Of a DNA stretch of 59,361 bases, positions 51,901 through 59,361 are shown piece after piece (the stretch's first letter is position 1; the number at the start of each line of letters is the position of its first letter). The notes below the pieces were generated by a model. It saw only the letters and a program-made list of their open reading frames with translations. It did not search any database and was not told where the DNA came from. The translations under genes were made by a program, and so were the position numbers. The DNA is taken from NCBI GenBank assembly GCA_910592345.1, contig CAJVPI010000080.1:1-59361 (forward strand), written 5' to 3'. The DNA comes from Paraglomus brasilianum. Lineage: Eukaryota.

Positions 51901-54631
51901 TCTGTGAGTAATCCATTCCTGAATATTCTGTCCAATTGTTATTTACATACAAGATGCCATCCCTCGGCGTCGCAGTGAAAACAATCTGCGGTATAGCCTC
52001 AGCCAGCATCCTATACTTCTTTTCATTAGCTTCGATATGCCGACGAGTTAACTGTTGCTCTTCGGCTTCTTTTTGATCATGAACATCTGTGGATGTACCA
52101 AGCCAATGAATGATAACACCCCGGGCATCACGAATCGGGCGGGCACGACCAAGGAACCAGCGATGATGTCCGTCAAACCGGCGAATACGGTATTGATCAG
52201 AAAAACTTTCACCACGGTTAAATGCGGTGCGCCAGGAATCCCATACTCGTTGTTGATCGTCCTTGTGGATACACTGCAACCAACTGTTGCCGAGCAGGTC
52301 TTGGACAGGGAGATTGGTATATTGAGTGAAGCGGGCGTTTACCCAGGTGCAATCACCATTCGTTCGAGAGAAGGTGCTATAAAAAATCGAATAGCAAAAG
52401 AGAATATATAATTTTCAAAGTTAAACCATGTTTGCTGACAAATTAATTATATTCCTTTTCATTCTTTCCTTCAAACGCGACGGTTTAGCTATTGGCCTAT
52501 GAAACAAAACTATACCACGCATACTAGATTCACCGTCTACACTATTTGAAAACGAAAAAACTTACAATGCAATGTTGGGCATGTCATCTAGTATCATACG
52601 ATACATGTCTGCCGTTGGCGCGACTACCCTCTGCATTTCATCTTTAGAAGACCTTCTCGACCCGGCAAAACTTCCCTTGGATGACCTCCGAGGCTTTTTC
52701 TTTTCATCTGTGTGTGTATAATCTACAGATGTGGACACGTTAATTGGACGAGACAAAGCCGGAGACTCGCGTGAAAGAGGTTCTGGAAGAAAATCGTCTT
52801 CAGATTCGGTCGAGTGCGGGCGGACTTCTGATTGGTATGTCTGCGGACTTTGTACTATCTGATCACCTTTCCCTAACTCCTTGACTTGTTTATCTACTCC
52901 TTGCCAAGACTCATGGCAACCGCTAACATAAAATCCTTTATCCGGGTCAATCAGATAATAGCCAGAGGTGGGGAATGTTGTCGAATGTTCAGACTTGGAA
53001 CTAGTTACACTTTCTATATCAGACTCCCAACACTCGTCTTCATCATCTATTGATCCATCCGTGCGCACACAGTTATCCTCACTGCTATTCTTTTTTATAT
53101 CTTCTATTCTCCCCAATCTCTTTCGCATTCCCTTCCGTCTATAGTGTCCACGCTTACTCGACATGTTTCGGGCGTGGTTAAAATATAATAACTGATTGAT
53201 ATTCTGCTGGTGTATCGATGCCATCGACATAGTAGTAGCCAGAAATGGCGCTAGTAACTGTAGGGAAGCTACTATATTCGGCGGATACGGGACGACGGAA
53301 GACATAAACGATAGTATTGCTATCGGGACAGGATTTTGGCGAGTCGTCGAAGGGAGGACGTTTCGAGCTGTCGTCGGATGTATCAGTGGGATATGTATTA
53401 TAGAACAAGCGTGACTAGAATTAACAGAATGGTCAAATTTGACCGACGAATAGCTTGAAGAATATTCGGAATTCGGGTTAAATGCACCATCATCAATTTC
53501 TGGCATCGTCTGAAAAAACGGATTAACGTTTGAATCAGTCATGGCCGGAGAAGGGGTGGGGCTTTGCGACCATGGGGAGGGTTGTTGCTGCTCGTATTCG
53601 TAGTATTCACAGTTGGAGCCTGCCATATAATAAGGCATAGAGTCTCTGTAGCGTAGACGATTTCCAAGATTGCCTTCCTCGAGATCATTCAGTAGCGGTG
53701 TGTTTGGAATATTATTGGAACTTTTCTGTGTGAAATATGATGTTGCCTCATTCGAATTCGTTGTTATGGGAGTATCCGGTGTTGAAGATGGCCACAGACG
53801 TCTTTCTGGTTGTTCATCTCCCGTTTTCCTGTATTCTCTTGATACTACTACTATGCGTCCTCCTTGAACTATATACAGAATCTTTTTGTTGTCTATTAAC
53901 TGCTCCGTGTCGCAATCAAAACTCTGCAACTTGTCGAAAACAATATGATTATGATTACTGTCATTCGAGCTCGAAAAACAGCTGTCACTGCTGAGATACT
54001 GATCTCTGTTGTCCATTGCTTTGATTCCCCAGGGTGTATTAACAGTGTCAGTGAGATCGTGGGGAACAGAAAGGGTTAGACGAGAAGCTCGGTACGAGGA
54101 CGTGAATATGTCCACTACATTGTCCCACCATTTGGTAATCACCAATTCTGTTGTGAGCTGGAGAGTTAATTTATATAAATTCGGTGACGAAAATTCGTGT
54201 CCTGTTGTTGCTAAACAGCCATCGTTGGATTTTGAGGAGTGAGGTGGAGGAAGGGGATATTGAGAGTTTGAGTCCGGAAAGATTGATGCCTGCTCTTGCA
54301 TAAGCGTTTGCGTGTTCGACAGTGGAGAATTTGATGAGGGTGATTGTGATGTGGGAGTGGGAAACTGTTGTGGTGGGTACTCTTGTATGGTATTCGATGT
54401 CGATGTCGATGATGAAGATGACGATGACGATGACTGAGAGCTATATAGATGGTTATGTAACCGTTGATCATAGTCTTTCTGATTCGGTGATTGCTGTTCT
54501 TGAATAATAGTAGTTGATTGTGCTTCGAGACGTCCGCTCTTGTTTTTTATGATTGGTTGGTATTGATGTTGGTGTGGGTTAAGTAATTTTGTTGCCGCTA
54601 TTGGTATATTGAGAGCTAAATGCTGTTTCAT
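48911..54631 (-). CDS. Hybrid sensor histidine kinase: long N-terminus, PAS/PAC repeats, HisKA, HATPase, degenerate receiver and receiver (fungal group V / Mak1-like)
   Basis: PAS-PAC (IHKDDQQRV..YRIRRFDGHHRWFLGRARPIRD..WLGTSTDVHDQK; second copy AEAIPQIVF..YRWFLVK); H-box FLSNMSH|EIRTPL; INDILDLSKVEAG; RLRQVLLNLVGNAIKFT; DTGEG..KPYSQ..GGSGLGLVIS; receiver LLAEDD..CDLFMP..IPIVALSAN..SKP. The N-terminal PSPWSQSPTPSPA motif suggests group V. Confidence 0.92.
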
Positions 54632-57600
54632 TACTTAATATACCTTTGCCACGCTTATGATGAGTCTCTTGATTATATATATATATATATATTTTTGATT
54701 CGTCAATTATAAATTGTTTTGTCTTGTGATGATGAGATTCACAGAATTCACCAATCCAGTTTTCAGTCCAATTGCTGCCTACAGTATTCTATTGACGATT
54801 GCGCAAAAGTATCTCAATGTTCCTTATGCAATTAATATATCTCCTTGGCATTCGATCAGTTAGTTTCTTGTCTGATTTGCTTTTTTTCCCACCTTCTTGT
54901 TCCTTTGTTTTATTATTTTTTTTTCTTTGGTAGCCTAAATCCAACAATGGTTTATATTCAGATAGTCAGTTAATATTCGGAATGGTCGATAAAAGCCAGC
55001 AGATAAACCATAAGTTGGAGCAGCAGTAAAAGAGCGAATGTTATAATGAATGAACCATCAGACATAAACACACTGGTGTTTGTATTCTGATAATATGTTG
55101 TATGAAGCAGTTGCAGAAGGGAGTTTTGTACACCAACGATTACAATTTAGCAAGAAAAGTGTTAAACTAAGGTTGGCTTCTTGTTGGAGAGGAAATGGTC
55201 TAGATGTTGCCGCTGGTCCTTTTTCTTATTTCTTTTACTGACAGCCAGTGTGTTCCAATGCTATTTCTATGCAAGATTCGTTTTTATTATCTAGTGTATT
55301 TTGCCTCCGCTCCTGATTCACAATGTTTAGCTTTCAAGTGACTTGGACCCAACTGCTTCGGCAGCCCTTCTGTTCCTTTGTTGCAATGCTTTTCTAAAAA
55401 TACGTCTTTTGCTGCTACCTACCAACTGTGGTATACAAAAATTAAGAAACCTTACCCCGCCGTACCTTTAGTTGGCGAGTGATAAGTCAGGGGAATCAAT
55501 TTTATGATAGATAGACACTGTTTAATATATTTTATTTTAACATAATCGTCACACCTTGAAGAGAGGTCGCAGCCTAATTCGTCACATAGTTTAAAAGTGG
55601 CAGTTATTTGTGGATACTATGATGTCATAGTGTATAAATTGGGAACGAGCGAATAAATGAGAGTGCATTATAAGGCTTGGGCGAATGAATAGAATTGGCA
55701 AGGCAACAGGATTGCTTGTAGAATATGATTGTGTTTATATTATAAATATTATTTATGTATTTATATCAAGTTAATTATTTATTTGCATTTTAATACGGTA
55801 CCTTTTATTATTGCAGCCGTTGCTATTAATAATAACTTGCAACTATATTACTACGAGACATATTATTTTACTATTGCTTCTTCTTGCATTACTTACATTG
55901 CTATTACCACTCCTACGTATCCTATCCAAATATTTATTTGTTCTTACTAATGTTCTATGAAATGATTATTACCATTATTAGACAACACCCGCTAACCCGT
56001 TACCTAAAGGCCGTTATTACAATGTTGTAAATATAAAGCCAAACATTACGAATACGGATGGGCGATCACCCGAAATCCGGCCTGCGATTACGTAACTTCG
56101 AATGAAGCTTAATAATAAACTGTAGCGTTGTTCGATTTCCGGAAGTTGTTCTTTTTCAGGATGCAACGGTTTCTCTCTATCCCTCTATCTCTATCTCTTT
56201 CTTGCTCTTTTTAATACGATTAAGCTCGGCCTTTGTTTATTTATCTAGTCCATTCCTGGACCTCGTACATACCCAACTCGTTCTCAGATGGCTTTATGAG
56301 GAGACGAATAATCATGAGAAGAAACATTGTCATCCATAAAAATAACAAAACTAAAAGAGCTCCACCCAATTAAACACAGAGTGTGAAAACGCAGACAATG
56401 TTAAAATTATTCTAATATTCTGTTCCTCATTGCCCAACTCCTGCAGAAACGTATCTCAGGCGCCACTTGCCGCCACTCTGGCTTTGGAATGGAGACATAC
56501 TTTATCCATAAAACCTTTTTATGCATACGCACATCACTGATCAAAAATTTAAAAAAGTGAACAACCTTCGTAACTCAACTTGTCGTTTTACTAACGTAAG
56601 AGATTGGCATAATCGACGAATAATGGCAATATATATGTTGCAGGGTGCATTGTCGTAGCTAAATTAATTGCGTTCAATTATTTGTTCAACAGTATTATAT
56701 TTGTATCCACAGTCCAATACGTTCACTGCACATTCCCATCACATCTTGTTCTTTATGTTGAGATATCTGTTTGTCATGTTATTGGTTATTCCCAGCTATA
56801 CTATCTATCCCTTTGTTGATTATCTGCTTGTTACGATGAACATAGTAAGAGAACAAGTGAAGAAAGAAGGTACAAAGATGACGACTTTGCACAAGCATAG
56901 TATTAATAATAGTAAATAACTTTAATAATGTCAATTAATATTTAATAATCAACGTGCTTTAATATATATTAATAATATTAATTATTAATTATTAATCATT
57001 AGAATACGCTATATAAATAATAATAGTCGATTCTTTGACAATGTATTATTATAATATTGCCGCTTGAGATTAATATATGGTAATACTAAAATATTGTGTT
57101 TATATACATTAAATTTCAATTGATTAGTCGCATGTGTAATCCAACACATAAACATGTTAGCATCTTACCCCTAACACACTAGCATGTACATTACTGGCCC
57201 CACATTATCCTTATTTTCATCTTTTTTTCATGGTTTATGTTTACGTACCTGTCACAAATGACGTACTATGACGTCTTAATGCACGTACACGGAAGACTGA
57301 ATCAGTGTATAATGACGCCATCTATTACTATCAACGTATCAGTCACACGGCAATTCTCCCGACACCCATGATATTTTACCAAGGGCTTTTTAGTAAAACC
57401 AAATAATACCGGCCAACACATGCAAGTTTGCTGATTCTTATTCTTCTTTCTGATTCTGTTTCCAATAACCCGTCCAGAATAGTTCAAAACCCCAGTAGCT
57501 AAAGTTGGCAAATACAAAGCTCTGAAACTTGAGAAATGTTTTCAAATATTAAAACAATGATCTAACCATATAGTAACTCGATTCAGTCACAAGCAACATA

Positions 57601-58801
57601 GAAACCCCAAACAACTCAACTAATGACTTAAAATTTGCTCATTGTCTGCGCATGCTATTCCCTTCTTGCTCACCCTTGCCTTATTTTTATATTCATTTAT
57701 CAGCCTCTTCTAACCAAATATTTACTTTCGATCTCTTATCTATCACCCCCCCCCCCCTCCTAAAGCATCTATTAACCTGCTTGCTTGCAAGTATTACAGT
57801 GTACGAGTGTGGTCATGTATTCGGAATCATGAGAAGGGTGACGCATAGTCCCCGCTACAGCATTTCGAATTTTGCTATCTTAACTTTATCTAATGTTGCT
57901 CAATCAAATTCATCTTTGTTTATACAACTTCTTCTTTGAGCTCCCCACATTATTGCCAGCTTCCCTCTTAACAGTAGGTTGAAGCTTAATATGCTTTGCC
58001 AGTCGAAAAGTATAAATAAAACTATACCTATACCTATCCTCCTCAAACTTCTAGTCTATAACACATATTCGAGCATGAGAAACAAGCTAAAACACAAAGG
58101 CTGAAAATTAAAAGGTCATACATGCTAACAAGGTCCCTGCCAATAGCCAACAGCAGCTTGGTGCACGTATTACGTGTAGGGAATTACATATTAATACGTA
58201 GAATGATGTGATGTTGCAAAGGTAAAACATATCAGTCACTGCTAACAATTCTCAGGGTTTAAAGACAGATACAATTTTAATTTAATGTCGACCGCTATCA
58301 CAAAAGGCTTAAACCGTTTTGCGTCATTGATGGGTAGTGATTCTCGTTTAATTCGGAGAAGAGCGTGACGTAATGTTATTGTAAGGGTTCTCGACCTTTA
58401 CGATTTTTTTTGAAGTCTGGAATTAGTCATGAAGAATAAAAGGTAAAGCTGCGATGTTAACCAATGACTGATTGCCCGGCTCATTGGTATAAACCTATTC
58501 ATGATCTGACCTTACCAAATGTGATATATCTAACAGACATTCACAATAGATAAACTATAGTACAGGTAATAAGAAAACTTGGCCTACAACAAATATGCGC
58601 AAACACCGAGTTGCTAACGACGGGATTGTTCTACAAATAGGAGGTAGCGATCAACACTTTCTCAAAGAACTGATTTCTGCTTTCCCGATTCTATTTTTAA
58701 GATGGCTCCCCAGTATGGGTACCATTAGTAAAGATGTTCAGAAGTATTCTTGTCAAACTTTCTTTTTAACATCCACTGTGTTATGTGTTGAAACATTAGT
58801 A

Positions 58802-58935
58802 CAGTGAACCCTATCTAAATGCAAACCTCTCTAAGTACAAGTACCTTATATTTTCCCTCTCTAAATGCAAGCTCTGTTTCGGTCCCGATCATTAATTATG
58901 TCACTCTCTATAAATATTCCCCATAAATGCAAGTC
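58802..58935. mobile_element. Solo pogo/Tigger-like terminal fragment
   Basis: TA|CAGTGAACCC followed by three TAAATGCAA subterminal repeats. No partner TIR found in the window. Confidence 0.4.
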
Positions 58936-59274
58936 ATAGCCAAGCCATACTGTATGTCAGAGAGAGTTGACTTATATTGGTGGTACAATGCTAATTCGAA
59001 ATAATAATTATTTTTGACAGTCATGGTTTCTTGTTTTGACTTTTTAATTTATCGCCTGACGTCCGATATCTAAAATTGTGTACAAAGTAAATTTGTTTAA
59101 CCTTTTTAAATTGTTACAGTCCGAACCTGGTAATTTACACTTAAAAATTCCATGTTCAATGAACTCTTTATAAGAAATTGTGTTTCATTGTTTAATATAA
59201 GCAACTGGATAACTTCAGTATTCAAACGTTTATCGATCAAGTATAAAGAAAGAACTAACGTTGACGCTCGTCTT

Positions 59275-59284
59275 TGTTGTTGTT

Positions 59285-59361
<77 letters not shown>
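59275..59361. repeat. (GTT)n microsatellite running off the window end
   Basis: More than 20 GTT units, running to the last base. Confidence 0.95.

Noticed and set aside
59275..59361. Terminal (GTT)n as a telomere
   Set aside because: It is a simple trinucleotide microsatellite rather than a TTAGGG-type repeat, and may simply mark an assembly break.

Overview
Eukaryotic, intron-rich fungal genomic DNA. It is most consistent with an early-diverging Mucoromycota fungus, probably arbuscular mycorrhizal (inferred from gene families, short GT-AG introns and a U12-type intron). Recognisable genes, in order: a frameshifted Crinkler/RHS-type header+P-loop NTPase+restriction-endonuclease-fold gene, SDE2, a cyclin T/K-like gene, TMX2, U1 snRNP C, DENR/TMA22, ELMO/CED-12, a two-WSC membrane protein, a CBS-CBS-PB1 (Mug70-like) protein, a GPI-anchored Kre9-like protein, a ZIP9 zinc transporter, a Pho80/Pcl-type cyclin and a PAS-containing hybrid histidine kinase. 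Intergenic DNA holds TA-flanked Tc1/mariner/pogo-type MITEs (one nested in another), short tandem repeats and decayed ORFs. The most notable signals are recoding or splicing features: (1) the effector-like gene's frame break lies on a correctly phased X_XXY_YYZ heptamer inside a sharp CpG desert; (2) a minor-spliceosome intron in the cyclin gene; (3) a stop-free in-frame GC-AG intron splitting the kinase H-box at the phospho-His; (4) a 354-nt exitron-like segment with an SxIP motif in the CBS/PB1 gene. Exon boundaries were read by eye; no database searches were run.
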